64,000 nt of DNA from Bythopirellula sp. (GCA_965216565.1 OZ244170.1:2272001-2336000), one strand, 5' to 3'; positions 32,975 to 44,605 are shown, counted from the stretch's first letter. A program made the numbers and translations. Notes: generated by a model not told the origin, from the sequence alone.

Positions 32975-33000
32975 TACCCGCGGCTAGCGCCGTCGGCTCA
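32975..33000. repeat. single arm of the 79-bp REPIN family
   Basis: tacccgcggctagcgccgtcggctca, identical to 15268-15293. Confidence 0.8.
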
Positions 33001-33082
33001 CGGTGCCGCTGCTGGGCATTGGCACACATTAAGAATTCGACCTTCCGCCATCCGCAATCCAAAATCGGCGATCCGAACTCTT

Positions 33083-34711
33083 CTAAGCCTGCAGCCAGGA
33101 GGGCAGTTCGCCCGCGGGTGGTAGATGAATGACTTTGGCGCTGGTGATCGATCCCATCTGCCGCACTTCTTCCAGGGCTTCCTGCGAAGGTTCGCCGTCG
33201 ATGTTTAATACACCCACCGCATTGCCGCCTGGTTCGTCGGTAGCCCGACCGACAGCCATTTGCGCGATATTTACTCCGTGCTTGCCAAACACCGTACCGA
33301 CGCCGCCGATGATCCCCGGCACATCTTCGTGACAGAAAATGAGCATGCAGCCGTCCAAATAGGCTTCGAGCCGATAACCATCCAACGCCACCAGCCGCGC
33401 CATCGATTGGCCGAAGATGGTCCCGGTCGCCTCATGGGTCGACTGGTCGGAAATCACTTCCACGGTCATGGAAGATCGGAACGAACCCATTTCGGTGGTC
33501 GACTCCGTCGACAGATCGATGCCGCGCTCCTGCAACAGCAACTCGGCATTGACAAGGTTTACCTCTTCGTCGAGCGCGTTTTGCAACAGTCCCGCCGCAA
33601 AGGCTGAATTGAGAACCTTGGTTTCGCGGCTGGCCAATTCGCCACGATAGTGGAGCCGGCAAGTCTTGATGCCGCCTTCCTGCAGTTGTGCCAGGAGTTG
33701 ACCCAGGCGATAGGCAACATCGGGATAGCCGTGCAACGACTCGAGCGTCTTGGCGTCGATGGGAGCCACGTTCACCGCGTGACGGATTGTGCCGGTGTTG
33801 AGGTACTCGGTCAGCAGCCCCACGGCCTCGACAGCCACTTGGGTTTGAGCCTCATCGGTGCTCGCTCCCAAATGCGGCGTGCAGAGCACTCCTGGCATGC
33901 CAAACAGCGGGCTATCGGTGCAGGGCTCCTCGGCATAGACATCGAGCGCGACGCCAGCGATTTTTCCCGACTCGATTCCCGCGGCTAACGCCTGTTCGTT
34001 GTAAATGCCGCCCCGAGCACAATTCACGAGCCGAGCGCCCGGCTTCATGATCTCTACCTGATCGACATCAATTAAATTTCGAGTCTCGTCGGTCAGGGGA
34101 GTATGCACTGTCAGATAGTCAATCTTCGGTAGCATCTCGGCAACGGTGTCGACCGCTTCGATGCCAAACTCTTGCGCTCGTTCTTTCGACATAAAAGGAT
34201 CATAACCGAGTACACGCATTTCCAAGGCTTGAGCCCGCTGCGCCACGGCCAAACCGATGCGACCCAGTCCCACCACGCCGAGGGTTTTGCCTGCGACCTG
34301 GGTGCCCATGTATTTTTTGCGATCCCAACGCCCTTCGATCAAACTCTGATTGGCAGGTGCCACGTTACGCGACATCGCCAGCATCAGCGTGATCGCATGC
34401 TCCGCCGTGCTGAGCGTGTTACCCGCGGGAGTATTCATCACCACAATACCGGCACGCGTGGCTGCGGGCTTGTCGATGTTGTCCGTCCCCACCCCGGCAC
34501 GGACGACCGCCTTCAAGCGTCGATTGCCTTCCAGCACATCCGCTGTCAGCTTCACACCACTTCGGCAGATGGCGCCATCGAATTCATTGAGCGTGTTGCG
34601 AAGCTCATCACCCTTCAGCCCGGTGCGGACTTCATAAGTGATGCCGTCACTGGCATCGAGCAAAGCGAGGCCGTCTTGGGAAAGGTCGTCGAGAACTACT
34701 ACGCTGGGCAT
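33083..34711 (-). CDS. serA: D-3-phosphoglycerate dehydrogenase (with ASB and ACT domains)
   Basis: RAGVGTDNID, GLGRIG, HTPL, NCARGG, TPHLGAST; directly downstream of serC. Confidence 0.95.
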   Translation of the reverse strand: MPSVVVLDDLSQDGLALLDASDGITYEVRTGLKGDELRNTLNEFDGAICRSGVKLTADVLEGNRRLKAVVRAGVGTDNIDKPAATRAGIVVMNTPAGNTLSTAEHAITLMLAMSRNVAPANQSLIEGRWDRKKYMGTQVAGKTLGVVGLGRIGLAVAQRAQALEMRVLGYDPFMSKERAQEFGIEAVDTVAEMLPKIDYLTVHTPLTDETRNLIDVDQVEIMKPGARLVNCARGGIYNEQALAAGIESGKIAGVALDVYAEEPCTDSPLFGMPGVLCTPHLGASTDEAQTQVAVEAVGLLTEYLNTGTIRHAVNVAPIDAKTLESLHGYPDVAYRLGQLLAQLQEGGIKTCRLHYRGELASRETKVLNSAFAAGLLQNALDEEVNLVNAELLLQERGIDLSTESTTEMGSFRSSMTVEVISDQSTHEATGTIFGQSMARLVALDGYRLEAYLDGCMLIFCHEDVPGIIGGVGTVFGKHGVNIAQMAVGRATDEPGGNAVGVLNIDGEPSQEALEEVRQMGSITSAKVIHLPPAGELPSWLQA

Positions 34712-34717
34712 GTCGAA

Positions 34718-34752
34718 TTAGGGGCTAGGTGTTAGGGGCTAGAGGCTAGGGA
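34718..34752. repeat. five imperfect 7-bp tandem repeats (YTAGRKR)
   Basis: ttagggg ctaggtg ttagggg ctagagg ctaggga. Confidence 0.55.
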
Positions 34753-34777
34753 TTCTTCGATTCAGGGATTGCGAAAG

Positions 34778-34904
34778 TCCCTCTCCCCTTTGGGGAGAGG
34801 TTAGGTGAGGGGCTTCTGCGTATGAGAACGGCCTCAGCAAAGAAACGTAATATCGTATAACAAATTCAACCCTCTCCTAACCCCTCCATTTCAAGGGAGA
34901 GGGA
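34778..34904. repeat. REP-like inverted pair (TCCCTCTCCCC..GGGGAGAGGTTAGGTGAGGG)
   Basis: 34778-34812 imperfectly complementary to 34870-34904. Confidence 0.65.
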
Positions 34905-34910
34905 TGCGAG

Positions 34911-36005
34911 CTAGGAATTCTGGCCGCGGAAGCGGACCATAAAGTCTCTGAGTGTCTCCGCGCCGGCAACCGGCATGGCATTATAGATCGATGCGCGGAT
35001 GCCGCCTACCGAACGATGTCCCGCCAGGGCCACCATGTTCTCACCATCGGCCTCGGCAACGAATTTTTTAGTCAGCTCATCGCTGGGCAGACGGAATACC
35101 ACATTCATCAACGAACGAGAGTCTTCGTCCGCATGGCATTCATAAAAACCTTCGCTGGAATCGACCGCATCGTACAGCATCTTCGCCTTAGCCTGATTCT
35201 GCTGGTGCATCTTCTCCAGCCCGCCGATCTCATTCTTCAGCCAGTCCGTTACTAAGCGCACCACGTAGATGGCAAACGTGGGGGCGGTATTCATCAGCGA
35301 ACCCGCCTCGGCATGGACACGGTAATTCATGTAGCTGGGCAGTTCGTCGCGACTCCGCTCAAGTAAGTCTTTACGCATAATCACAATCGTCACGCCTGCC
35401 GGGCCGATGTTCTTCTGGGCACAGGCGTAGATCAGTCCGTAGCGATTTATGTCCAGAGGCTTGTAGAGCAAATCGCTAGAGGCATCGCACACCAACGGCG
35501 CGTCGCCACCGGTTGGCTCGTCGGCAAACTGAACACCTTGAATGGTTTCGTTGGAAGTGTAGTGCAGGTACGCGGCATCGGACGTGTGTTGAATTTCTTC
35601 GGCCTTGGGCACCCGCGTGTAGTTGGAGTCGCTACCGTCCCAAACGACCTTGGCTTCGCCTTCCTTCTTGGCTTCCTTCAGTGCGTGTTTTCCCCACGAC
35701 CCGGTCAGCAGATAATCCGCGCCGGAGTGTTGGTCCTGGAGCAGGTTTTGGGGGATCATCGAAAACTGCAGCCGGCTACCTCCCTGAATAAACAGGACGG
35801 CATAGTCCTCTGGGATCGATAGCAGCTCGCGCAAATTGGCCTCCGCCGCCCCGATGATCTCCTTAAAAGTCGCACTGCGATGGCTGATTTCCATGACCGA
35901 AGCACGCGCTGCGGGCAACGCCATCATTTCTTTTTGCACCTGGGCCAGCACCGGCTCTGGCATGGCGGCGGGTCCGGCCGAGAAATTGAAGGCTCGTTGA
36001 GTCAT
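34911..36005 (-). CDS. serC: phosphoserine aminotransferase
   Basis: NFSAGPA, EISHRS, NETIQG, DASS, AQKNIGPAG, GHRSVGGIRASIYN. Confidence 0.96.
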   Translation of the reverse strand: MTQRAFNFSAGPAAMPEPVLAQVQKEMMALPAARASVMEISHRSATFKEIIGAAEANLRELLSIPEDYAVLFIQGGSRLQFSMIPQNLLQDQHSGADYLLTGSWGKHALKEAKKEGEAKVVWDGSDSNYTRVPKAEEIQHTSDAAYLHYTSNETIQGVQFADEPTGGDAPLVCDASSDLLYKPLDINRYGLIYACAQKNIGPAGVTIVIMRKDLLERSRDELPSYMNYRVHAEAGSLMNTAPTFAIYVVRLVTDWLKNEIGGLEKMHQQNQAKAKMLYDAVDSSEGFYECHADEDSRSLMNVVFRLPSDELTKKFVAEADGENMVALAGHRSVGGIRASIYNAMPVAGAETLRDFMVRFRGQNS

Positions 36006-36171
36006 TGCGAAGTGTCTCTCTAGGGGTTGGTCAGTGCCTCGAACTAGGCGGCGAGGCGAGATATTCTAATGGTTCCCGCGGGCGTTGGCGATGGGGACGC
36101 GCACTGGTATCTAAGGCCTGGGGAGATTACGCTGACGGGAGCCCAATCTCCCTGCGAGTTTTTTCCAAATC

Positions 36172-38160
36172 ATGCAACCCCCTCCCGCCAGTCCCTCCTC
36201 CCGATCGCCTGCTCCCAGTGGCCCCGCTTGGCGCCGCATTCGGCAGCGGCTCCGCTGGCTGGGGCTGTCGTCCGATGGCCTCACTGTTTTTCTGGCAGGG
36301 ATTGTGGGAATCCTTGCTGGCTGCGGGGCGGCGGTTTTTACCTGGTTGATCGAACTTGTTACCGAATCGAGCATCGGTGCCGCGACAACTCGCGCCGCCA
36401 GCGAACCTCTGTGGACCTGGACACTGCTATTGATCCCCGCGTTCGGTCTGCTCTTAGTTTCGTGGTTCACGCGTCGCTTTGCCCCCGAAACCCAGGGGCA
36501 TGGCGTACCGGAGGTCATCACGGCTGTGGCGCGCAACGATGGCGTCGTCCGGCCCCAGGTGGCTCTGATCAAAACTCTAGCCAGTGCGTTTTGCATCGGG
36601 ACAGGTGGCTCGGTGGGTCGCGAAGGGCCCATTGTGCAAATCGGCTCGGCACTTGGCAGTACGGCGGGACAGTGGTTCGGCCTCACCCCACGCAATGTGA
36701 AAGTTCTGGTCGCCGCCGGCGCCGCCGCTGGCATAAGCGCTACGTTCCACGCCCCCATCGCCGGTGTGATGTTCGCCAGCGAAATCATTCTGGGTAGTTT
36801 TGCCGTGGAGAGCCTCACTTCGATTGTCATCGCCAGCGTCCTGGCCGACGTTGTGCAGCAGCACATTGGCGAACACCGCTTCGAACCTGCCTTTCGCGAG
36901 CTACGCAACTACAATTTCGAAGGGGCCTGGCAGCAACTCCCCTCGTATATCTTGCTGGGGCTTTTCGCGGGAATCGCTGCGGCGGGGTTCATCAAGCTGC
37001 TCTACAAAACCGAAGACCTTTCCGCGAAGTGGATTCCCGCCTGGTGGCAAAGGGCGCTCACACTCGGTGCAATTGTCGGACTCGCAGGAATTCTCTATCC
37101 AATCTCGCCACCGGTACTGTCGCTTGAATCCCAAAAACATGCCGAGCATCACGAAGCCCAGCTTCCGCCCTTGATGGGCGTGGGCTATGGAGTGGTGGAT
37201 CATGCGCTGCACCTCGACGTGGAACAGGAAAAACGAAACTCGAAAAAGTCGTTGGCCGAAGCTACCAAGAATCTGCTCGGCAAATTCACAGGCACCAAAG
37301 CCACCAAGACCGTGATGGTCGAAGGCAAAGAGCTTTGGTCTGAGTTTTGGTGGCTACTGCCATTGGTCTTTCTTAAACCGTTGCTAACGAGCATCACCTT
37401 GGCAGGGGGAGGCTCGGGGGGCGTGTTCGCTCCCTCGCTCTACCTGGGAGCAACACTCGGCGCCTGCGTGGGACTTTTGGCTAATATTTGGTTCCCCGAA
37501 TACAGCAACGCACCGGGCGTATATGCCATCGTAGGAATGGGGGCTGTGGTTGCCGGGACCACCCACGGCATACTTAGTGCCATCTTGATCGTCTATGAAA
37601 TGACCAGCAACTACCAAGTGATCTTGCCCATCATGGCGGCCGCCGGTCTCGCCAGCCTCGTTTCGCGGGCCATCCAACCCGAGAGCATCTACGAGAAAAA
37701 ACTCAGCCGACGGGGTGGATCCATTGCCCGCGGGCATCATTTGCATGGACTCGATCACATCATGGTCCGCGACGTGATGATCCGCGAATTCCCCTCGCTC
37801 AAACACTCCGACACCGTGCTGGAAATCATCCGCGTCGCCCGAGCCAACGCACACATCGAAAGTTTGCCGGTGATGGAGGATGGCAAGCTGGTGGGCATCA
37901 TCCGCAGTTCCGATTTGCACCGCATTCTAGATACCGACGTCGCTCCTCACTTGGTGAATGCCGAGGACATCGCTTCGCGGTCGCCCGTGACTGTTTCTCC
38001 CTCAGAAAATCTCGTCGAAGCACTCCGCGACTTCGGCACGCGCGACGTAGAAACGCTGCCCGTGGAAGTCGGCACAGGAGCCAACCGCCGCCTGGTGGGG
38101 CTACTCTTACGCAACGACGTCATGCGCCGCTACCGCGAGGAAGTGTTGGCGCGGCACTGA
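36172..38160 (+). CDS. ClC chloride channel/antiporter with CBS domains
   Basis: GHGVPEV, GREGP, GGVFAP; C-terminal CBS pair. Confidence 0.9.
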   Translation: MQPPPASPSSRSPAPSGPAWRRIRQRLRWLGLSSDGLTVFLAGIVGILAGCGAAVFTWLIELVTESSIGAATTRAASEPLWTWTLLLIPAFGLLLVSWFTRRFAPETQGHGVPEVITAVARNDGVVRPQVALIKTLASAFCIGTGGSVGREGPIVQIGSALGSTAGQWFGLTPRNVKVLVAAGAAAGISATFHAPIAGVMFASEIILGSFAVESLTSIVIASVLADVVQQHIGEHRFEPAFRELRNYNFEGAWQQLPSYILLGLFAGIAAAGFIKLLYKTEDLSAKWIPAWWQRALTLGAIVGLAGILYPISPPVLSLESQKHAEHHEAQLPPLMGVGYGVVDHALHLDVEQEKRNSKKSLAEATKNLLGKFTGTKATKTVMVEGKELWSEFWWLLPLVFLKPLLTSITLAGGGSGGVFAPSLYLGATLGACVGLLANIWFPEYSNAPGVYAIVGMGAVVAGTTHGILSAILIVYEMTSNYQVILPIMAAAGLASLVSRAIQPESIYEKKLSRRGGSIARGHHLHGLDHIMVRDVMIREFPSLKHSDTVLEIIRVARANAHIESLPVMEDGKLVGIIRSSDLHRILDTDVAPHLVNAEDIASRSPVTVSPSENLVEALRDFGTRDVETLPVEVGTGANRRLVGLLLRNDVMRRYREEVLARH

Positions 38161-38179
38161 TCTCTGCCATCAACCTGGG

Positions 38180-39610
38180 TCAAACGTTTTCAGCTACAGC
38201 TCGATATACTCCGTAGGCACTAGCTACGAGTATTGCCACCGAGCTGATCCAGAATGCTATGTCGTACAGTACGCTGGGCCTCAATTCTGGTAGGGAGCGA
38301 ACATAGCGGAAATGAATCGCTGCAAACACGACCAGAACCAGAATGACAGAGGTCGCCACGCCGCCCATAATGACCATCATCACTGGCTGTTCTACGAAAA
38401 GAAACGAAGCCGCCCAGCAGGCTGGAATCACCCAGGCTAAGACTGTCATCGTGCGGCGTCGACTATCGACATCGAAGAAATTTATCCAGCCAATTTGCCC
38501 GAAAGCATCTACATACATTCGGGCCCACGCACTCATTGCTGCAAATAGTGACGAAAACAATACGACGAAGGCTCCGCACAGAAACAGGTTCTTTCCCCAC
38601 TGACCTAGCGATTCGGTATACATGGTCGAAAGTGTTTCGATCAACGCATAGCCTTGCGGAATATCGCCCCGTTGATGCAACACCGAGGCACCTAGCACAT
38701 AGAAAGCAGCCGTCACTACCGTGTAGGCGAGCATCGAGAGAATTGCATCCAGATACATCACCCGTGTCCAACCTTGTGCACGAGCCACCCATTGACGATC
38801 GTCAGCCTGGTAGGGTCCGGTCCACGCCGCGTAGCCTTTCTCGATCAACCAATAGTTATAGTGGAGTATTTCGTCGCCGCCGACGCCAGTCAGGCCAAAG
38901 GTTCCGATAATGAAAACCATGGCCCCAGTCGGCAGAGTTCCTTGGAATCCGGTGACCATCGAAGCCCAACTTGTAGCGTACGGGGTCCATTGCAGTGAAA
39001 CGACTGACGCCAGTGTCAACAATGTGAAGAGTCCCAGCAGCACCAGACAAACGCGTTCTACAAACCAATACTGCCTGACCGCAACCAATACTGCCGTTAT
39101 CAGTGCCGCAATCCAACACCAGCCACCAATGGAGATTTGTGGGACCCACACATGCATCACCATGGCTAGTCCCCCCATGATGCCTCCCATCTGCAGAATT
39201 TTGATGGGCTGCAACGCCAACACAATCCAAATCACCCAATGAGCCTTGCCGAGTCGTCCGCCCGGCAACTCGTTCAGAGCCGCCATGCATGTTTGACCGC
39301 TCTGAATCGTATAACGACCAAACTCTAGTTGCAGGGCAACTTTGACCGTGCAGCTGAGCAAGATGATCCACAGCGCGGTGAAACCCGCTTTCGCGCCCAA
39401 CGTTGTGGTTGCGACCAATTCTCCAGATCCAACCACCGAGGCCGAGAGAATAAGCCCCGGTCCAATATGCCGCAAGCAACCCAACCAGGTTGTTGGCGGC
39501 TCGGTGATCCGAGACCCATCGAGTACATAAGGGTCTGCATGAGGAACTAATTCCATCAGCTCGTTCCGCGAGAAAAGAGGAGTCGTCGCCGAGTCTAAGG
39601 AACGGGCCAT
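38180..39610 (-). CDS. Nramp-like/APC family membrane transporter (start uncertain)
   Basis: GPGLILSASVVGSGE, about 11 TM segments. Confidence 0.75.
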   Translation of the reverse strand: MARSLDSATTPLFSRNELMELVPHADPYVLDGSRITEPPTTWLGCLRHIGPGLILSASVVGSGELVATTTLGAKAGFTALWIILLSCTVKVALQLEFGRYTIQSGQTCMAALNELPGGRLGKAHWVIWIVLALQPIKILQMGGIMGGLAMVMHVWVPQISIGGWCWIAALITAVLVAVRQYWFVERVCLVLLGLFTLLTLASVVSLQWTPYATSWASMVTGFQGTLPTGAMVFIIGTFGLTGVGGDEILHYNYWLIEKGYAAWTGPYQADDRQWVARAQGWTRVMYLDAILSMLAYTVVTAAFYVLGASVLHQRGDIPQGYALIETLSTMYTESLGQWGKNLFLCGAFVVLFSSLFAAMSAWARMYVDAFGQIGWINFFDVDSRRRTMTVLAWVIPACWAASFLFVEQPVMMVIMGGVATSVILVLVVFAAIHFRYVRSLPELRPSVLYDIAFWISSVAILVASAYGVYRAVAENV

Positions 39611-39745
39611 TGCAAAGCAAGAGGTCAACTGCCCCCCAGACAAACCACCCCGAATCCGATAAAATACGGTAGCTGGCCTGGGATTCGGATTCTTCTCGGG
39701 CTACAGCAGATCCCAAATGATCCCGCCGAGTAAGGACCCGTTGCC

Positions 39746-42556
39746 ATGGCAGCCGAAGCAAAAACCGATCCCTTTTCCGCCCGCGATACCTTTGATACCG
39801 GATCCGGACAGGCTGGCATCTATCGTCTCAGCAAATTGGAAGAGGCGGGGCTGACCAAGGTCGCCGAACTGCCGTTTTCCATCCGCGTCTTACTTGAGTC
39901 GCTCCTGCGAAATTGCGATGGATACGTTGTCACCGAGGATGACGTCAAGAATCTTGCCAATTGGACCGCGAGCCGGGGGGTAATCGCCGAGGGCGAAAAC
40001 GGTGTCGAAGTCCCCTTCAAACCAGCCCGCGTGGTACTGCAGGACTTCACTGGCGTCCCTGCCGTGGTAGATCTCGCTGCGATGCGTAGTGCCATGCAGC
40101 GATTGGGTGGCGACCCGAACAGAATCAATCCGCTGGTACCGGCTGACCTCGTGGTCGATCACTCCGTGCAGGTCGACCACTTTGCCAGCGACGACGCGCT
40201 CGATCTCAATATCGAATTGGAGTTTGCCCGCAACCGCGAGCGTTACGAGTTTCTGCGGTGGGGTCAGGACGCGTTCGATAACTTCCGAGTCGTTCCGCCC
40301 GGCACCGGTATTGTGCATCAAGTAAATCTCGAATACCTGGCTAAGTGCGTCTTCCTGCGAGAAGACGACGCCGGCACCGTCGCGGTCCCCGACTCCCTGG
40401 TGGGAACCGATAGCCACACCACCATGATCGACGGCCTCGGCGTCGTTGGCTGGGGCGTCGGTGGCATCGAAGCGGAAGGGGTGATGCTGGGCCAACCGAT
40501 CTACATGCTAATGCCGGAAGTTGTGGGTATGGAACTCACCGGCAAACTCCCAGCCGGGGCCACTGCCACCGACCTGGTGCTAACCGTCACCGAAATCTTG
40601 CGGAAAGAAAAGGTCGTCGGTAAGTTCGTCGAATTCTATGGCGAAGGCGTTTCGAATATGTCGCTAGCCGATCGGGCCACCATCGCCAATATGTCGCCCG
40701 AGTATGGCGCGACCATGGGTTTCTTCCCAATTGATGACGAAACGCTCAGCTACCTCCGTCGGACCGGTCGCACCGAGGAAGAAGTGACGCTCGTCGAGCG
40801 TTACACCAAGGAGCAGGGTCTCTTCCGCACCGACGACACACCGGCACCGAAGTTCACAAAAACAGTGTCGCTGGATGTCTCGACCGTCGAGCCCAGTCTC
40901 GCGGGGCCCAAACGTCCCCAAGATCGGATTGCCCTGTCGGACATGAAAGAAATCTGGCAACGCGATCTGGCCGAGGTCTACGATAAGCATTCTCCCAACG
41001 GCACGCCCGCTGGTCGCTGGGAAGCCGAGGGCGGGCAGCCCGCTCTACCGGGTGCTGCCGAGCCGGATCCTGCCGTGGCGGTGGCCGATCCTGGTTTCGA
41101 TGCCGTGGAGGTGGAGTGGAATGGTCAGCAATTCCCCTTGAAACATGGCAGTGTCGTCATCGCGGCGATCACAAGCTGCACAAACACCTCGAACCCCTCC
41201 GTCATGGTCGCGGCGGGATTGGTGGCAAAAAATGCCGTCGAAAAAGGTCTCACGGTCCCTCCGCACGTGAAGACCAGCCTTGCCCCCGGTTCCCGAGTGG
41301 TGACCGATTATCTGGAAAAGTCGAAGTTGGATGACGACTTGGATCAGATCGGATTTCAGACCGTGGGCTACGGCTGCACAACTTGCATCGGCAACAGTGG
41401 GCCGCTTCCCGAGCCGATCGCGGGAGCCGTCATGGAACACGACTTAGTCGTTGCGGGCGTACTCTCCGGCAATCGCAACTTCGAGGGTCGCATCAACCCC
41501 CACGTCAAAGCCAACTACCTGGCCAGTCCGCCGTTGGTGGTCGCCTATGCCTTGGCAGGCACAACCGACATCGATCTCACTTCCGAAGCGCTCGGCCTAG
41601 GCAACGACGGACCGGTATTCCTCAAAGACATTTGGCCCACGCACAGCGAAGTGCAAAGCGTTGTCGATGCCTGCGTGCTGCCGGAGATGTTCCGAAATCA
41701 ATACGACAACGTTTGGCAGAAGAACGAAAAATGGAATGCCATTGAAGTCACCGGCGGCGACCTCTACGACTGGAACGACGAGAGCACCTATATCCAAGAG
41801 CCGCCGTTCTTGGTCGATATTTCGCCGGAAGTCGATCCGATTGAACCGATTGCAGACGCTCGCTGTTTGGCATTGTTGGGCGATTCGGTGACGACCGACC
41901 ACATTTCGCCGGCGGGAGCCATCGCCACCGACAGCCCGGCGGGATTGTTCTTACAAGCCGCCAGCGTCGAGCCGCGCGACTTCAACAGCTACGGCAGTCG
42001 TCGTGGCAACGACCGGGTAATGACCCGCGGCACGTTTGCCAATATCCGGATCCGCAACCAACTTGCCCCGGGCACCGAGGGCGGCGTTACACGTCACCTC
42101 CCCGACGGCAAACAGATGTCTATCTACGATGCTGCGATGCAGTACCGTGACGACGGCGTGCCGCTAATTGTGCTCGCCGGCAGCGAGTACGGCACCGGCT
42201 CCAGCCGCGACTGGGCCGCCAAAGGGACATTCCTCCTCGGAGTGCGGGCCGTGATTGCCACCAGCTACGAACGCATCCACCGCAGCAACCTGGTCGGTAT
42301 GGGCGTGTTGCCGCTGGAGTTCTCCGCAGGGGAGTCCTGGCAATCCTTAGGGCTCAACGGCGAAGAAGAATTTTCCATTCCCAGCCTCGACGACAACCTC
42401 AAACCGCGTCAATCGCTGAAAGTGATCGCCAAGGCCGGTGACGGTTCCACCAAAGAATTCGACACCACGGTGCGTATCGATACTCCCGTCGAGCTCGACT
42501 ACTACCGTAACGGCGGTATCCTACAAACGGTGCTGCGGAAGTTGCTCAAAGATTAG
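39746..42556 (+). CDS. acnA: aconitate hydratase A
   Basis: [55 protein letters not shown]. Confidence 0.96.
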   Translation: MAAEAKTDPFSARDTFDTGSGQAGIYRLSKLEEAGLTKVAELPFSIRVLLESLLRNCDGYVVTEDDVKNLANWTASRGVIAEGENGVEVPFKPARVVLQDFTGVPAVVDLAAMRSAMQRLGGDPNRINPLVPADLVVDHSVQVDHFASDDALDLNIELEFARNRERYEFLRWGQDAFDNFRVVPPGTGIVHQVNLEYLAKCVFLREDDAGTVAVPDSLVGTDSHTTMIDGLGVVGWGVGGIEAEGVMLGQPIYMLMPEVVGMELTGKLPAGATATDLVLTVTEILRKEKVVGKFVEFYGEGVSNMSLADRATIANMSPEYGATMGFFPIDDETLSYLRRTGRTEEEVTLVERYTKEQGLFRTDDTPAPKFTKTVSLDVSTVEPSLAGPKRPQDRIALSDMKEIWQRDLAEVYDKHSPNGTPAGRWEAEGGQPALPGAAEPDPAVAVADPGFDAVEVEWNGQQFPLKHGSVVIAAITSCTNTSNPSVMVAAGLVAKNAVEKGLTVPPHVKTSLAPGSRVVTDYLEKSKLDDDLDQIGFQTVGYGCTTCIGNSGPLPEPIAGAVMEHDLVVAGVLSGNRNFEGRINPHVKANYLASPPLVVAYALAGTTDIDLTSEALGLGNDGPVFLKDIWPTHSEVQSVVDACVLPEMFRNQYDNVWQKNEKWNAIEVTGGDLYDWNDESTYIQEPPFLVDISPEVDPIEPIADARCLALLGDSVTTDHISPAGAIATDSPAGLFLQAASVEPRDFNSYGSRRGNDRVMTRGTFANIRIRNQLAPGTEGGVTRHLPDGKQMSIYDAAMQYRDDGVPLIVLAGSEYGTGSSRDWAAKGTFLLGVRAVIATSYERIHRSNLVGMGVLPLEFSAGESWQSLGLNGEEEFSIPSLDDNLKPRQSLKVIAKAGDGSTKEFDTTVRIDTPVELDYYRNGGILQTVLRKLLKD

Positions 42557-42576
42557 CCGCAATGCCACGCATTGCA

Positions 42577-42648
42577 CGGCCATGTGCCGCGTGGCGAGCA
42601 TGAACGGCGATAAGGGGCTCGCATCGCCCGGCCATGTGCCGCGTGGCG
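42577..42648. repeat. 20-bp direct repeat x2 (cggccatgtgccgcgtggcg)
   Basis: copies at 42577-42596 and 42629-42648, between convergent genes. Confidence 0.7.
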
Positions 42649-42682
42649 GCACGGCTATTCTCTAATAGCTATGCTTTGACTG

Positions 42683-43045
42683 CTACTTGAAGATTCCCGT
42701 CTTCTGGAACGCTTTGCGTGCCGCCGCTTCGTCTTTTTCGATGTCGAACATCTTGTGTAGCTTGGTGATTTTGAACACCTCGTAGATCTCTTTGGTGATG
42801 CCCGCGAATTTGACCTTGGCGCTATATTCCTTCGATTTCTTTTGAAACTGCACGAGCTTCCCCAGCGCCGACGAGGCCATGAATTGCACGTTGCGGAAAT
42901 CGATGATCACCCGGTCCTCGGTCGACTTGTGCAGCAGAGTGTCGAGTTCCTCAAACATCCGCGTCAGCACAGAGGGGTCCACAAGCCGATCGTCCTCGAT
43001 CCGAATGGTTAGAATTCCATCTTTAGAAGCAGATTGCAAAGCCAC
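42683..43045 (-). CDS. STAS domain anti-sigma factor antagonist
   Basis: IIDFRNVQFMASSALG, EVFKITKL; GTG start assumed. Confidence 0.8.
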   Translation of the reverse strand: MALQSASKDGILTIRIEDDRLVDPSVLTRMFEELDTLLHKSTEDRVIIDFRNVQFMASSALGKLVQFQKKSKEYSAKVKFAGITKEIYEVFKITKLHKMFDIEKDEAAARKAFQKTGIFK

Positions 43046-43231
43046 GATGCGGTTTCTCCCACGTAGAATGAATAGATCAATTTCCGATAAGACCACTGAT
43101 AGCATCGCACGGCGTTCGGCTTCCTGCAAGCATTTCCCGATTCATCTACGGATCTACTTGCAATCAGGCCGATGATACACAGCAGCGAGTCTAGAATCTC
43201 GATGTCGCTTTAACCCCTATCCAAACAGACT

Positions 43232-44050
43232 ATGTTTCTCAACTGGTGGAAAAATGATCGCCGCAAAGAGTGGCTTGCCCAGCCGCAGCCTCCCCAGTGG
43301 GAGCGCTGGCTGGAGAACAATGTCTGGCAATACCGTCAGCTCCCCGGGGAACTACAGCAGCATGTACGCGAAATTGTCTGCGTGATGTATCACGAAAAAA
43401 ACTGGGAAGGCGGCAGCGGTTTTCAAATCAACGACGAAATGCGAGTCGCCATTGCCGGCCAGGCTGCGCTTCTGACCTTGGGTTTCGAGAAGCCTTATTA
43501 CTTCGACAAACTCAAGTCGATCATCATCTATTCCGGCTCCTACGAGCAGCGCCCCGCATCGCACGACAATCTGCTGATGGGACGACTGCAAGATTCGTTT
43601 CCGCGTAGCGGCACGTTGCTCGGAGAAGCCTGGCAAGGGGGCCCCATTGTGCTCGCCTGGAATGTGGTCCAGCGCGATGGCCGCAACGCCCGTCGGCGAC
43701 GTTCCGTGGTACTCCACGAATTTGCCCATCATATGGATGGGCTCGACGGTTCGACCGACGGCAGCCCTCCGATGACGAGCTTTCGTTTTGAAAAACGCTG
43801 GTACGAAGTCACAACCAAGGAATACCAACGTCTGCTCCAATTCGCTCAGCGCAAGCAGAACACGCTACTCGACCACTATGGCGCAACCAATCACGCCGAG
43901 TTCTTTGCCGTTTCGACGGAGTGCTTCTTCACCACCCCCCATGAGTTTGCCGAACAGCATGGCGAACTCTATGAGATCATGGTCCAGTTCTTCGGACAAG
44001 ATCCCCGCGATTGGCTTTCCTCACCGGTACGCGATAGCGATATTGCTTAA
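43232..44050 (+). CDS. MtfA/M90 family zinc peptidase
   Basis: GEAW..GP..L.W, HEFAH..D, YGATN.AEFFAV.TE.FF. Confidence 0.88.
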   Translation: MFLNWWKNDRRKEWLAQPQPPQWERWLENNVWQYRQLPGELQQHVREIVCVMYHEKNWEGGSGFQINDEMRVAIAGQAALLTLGFEKPYYFDKLKSIIIYSGSYEQRPASHDNLLMGRLQDSFPRSGTLLGEAWQGGPIVLAWNVVQRDGRNARRRRSVVLHEFAHHMDGLDGSTDGSPPMTSFRFEKRWYEVTTKEYQRLLQFAQRKQNTLLDHYGATNHAEFFAVSTECFFTTPHEFAEQHGELYEIMVQFFGQDPRDWLSSPVRDSDIA

Positions 44051-44086
44051 CGCTCTTGGTGGGTGATGATTCGCAAACTGGCTCGG

Positions 44087-44605
44087 CTAGTTCACCGGTG
44101 CAGGGGAGGGCAGAGTGTTTTCCACAGGTGCCAGGCTTTCTTCATAGCGCTCGAGCGACGCTGCCGGTTCGAGATTGAATACCGACTGGCCATCCGAACC
44201 CCAGGTCCCCCGTCGATTGACGAAAAATACGGTCGCGTAGCGCAAGTTGCCCACGGCTTCGACGTCTTCCATACCACCTCCGGGAATCGCCGCGAAGCTA
44301 ATCGTTGCACCGCAGAGCGCGTAGAGCTCGCCGGTCACGCGATCTGTGGCAAACAACACCTGGTCGCTCATTTCGCAACCGATCCATTCCAATCCCCGCG
44401 GTTTTCCAGTGGCGTTTGCCGCCTTCAGGAAAGCATCGACATAAGTGTTCTGCTTTTCCAAAAACTCCAGCTGAGCAAGTCGATACTGAGCCTGTCGCTG
44501 GGCAGTGCGACCCCGGCGCCAAATCCAACCAGCAACGAGCGCAAGTGCCAGCCCAACTCCGAATGCGACCCACACATTGCCCATAAATACAAATTCCTCA
44601 GCCAC
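44087..44605 (-). CDS. membrane-anchored hypothetical protein
   Basis: N-terminal TM segment; GKPRGL.W, GGMEDVEAV, VFNLEP. Confidence 0.65.
   Translation of the reverse strand: MAEEFVFMGNVWVAFGVGLALALVAGWIWRRGRTAQRQAQYRLAQLEFLEKQNTYVDAFLKAANATGKPRGLEWIGCEMSDQVLFATDRVTGELYALCGATISFAAIPGGGMEDVEAVGNLRYATVFFVNRRGTWGSDGQSVFNLEPAASLERYEESLAPVENTLPSPAPVN

Noticed and set aside
42577..42648. 20-bp direct repeats with a 32-bp spacer, superficially like a mini-CRISPR
   Set aside because: Only two short units, no leader and no cas genes; more likely REP-like.
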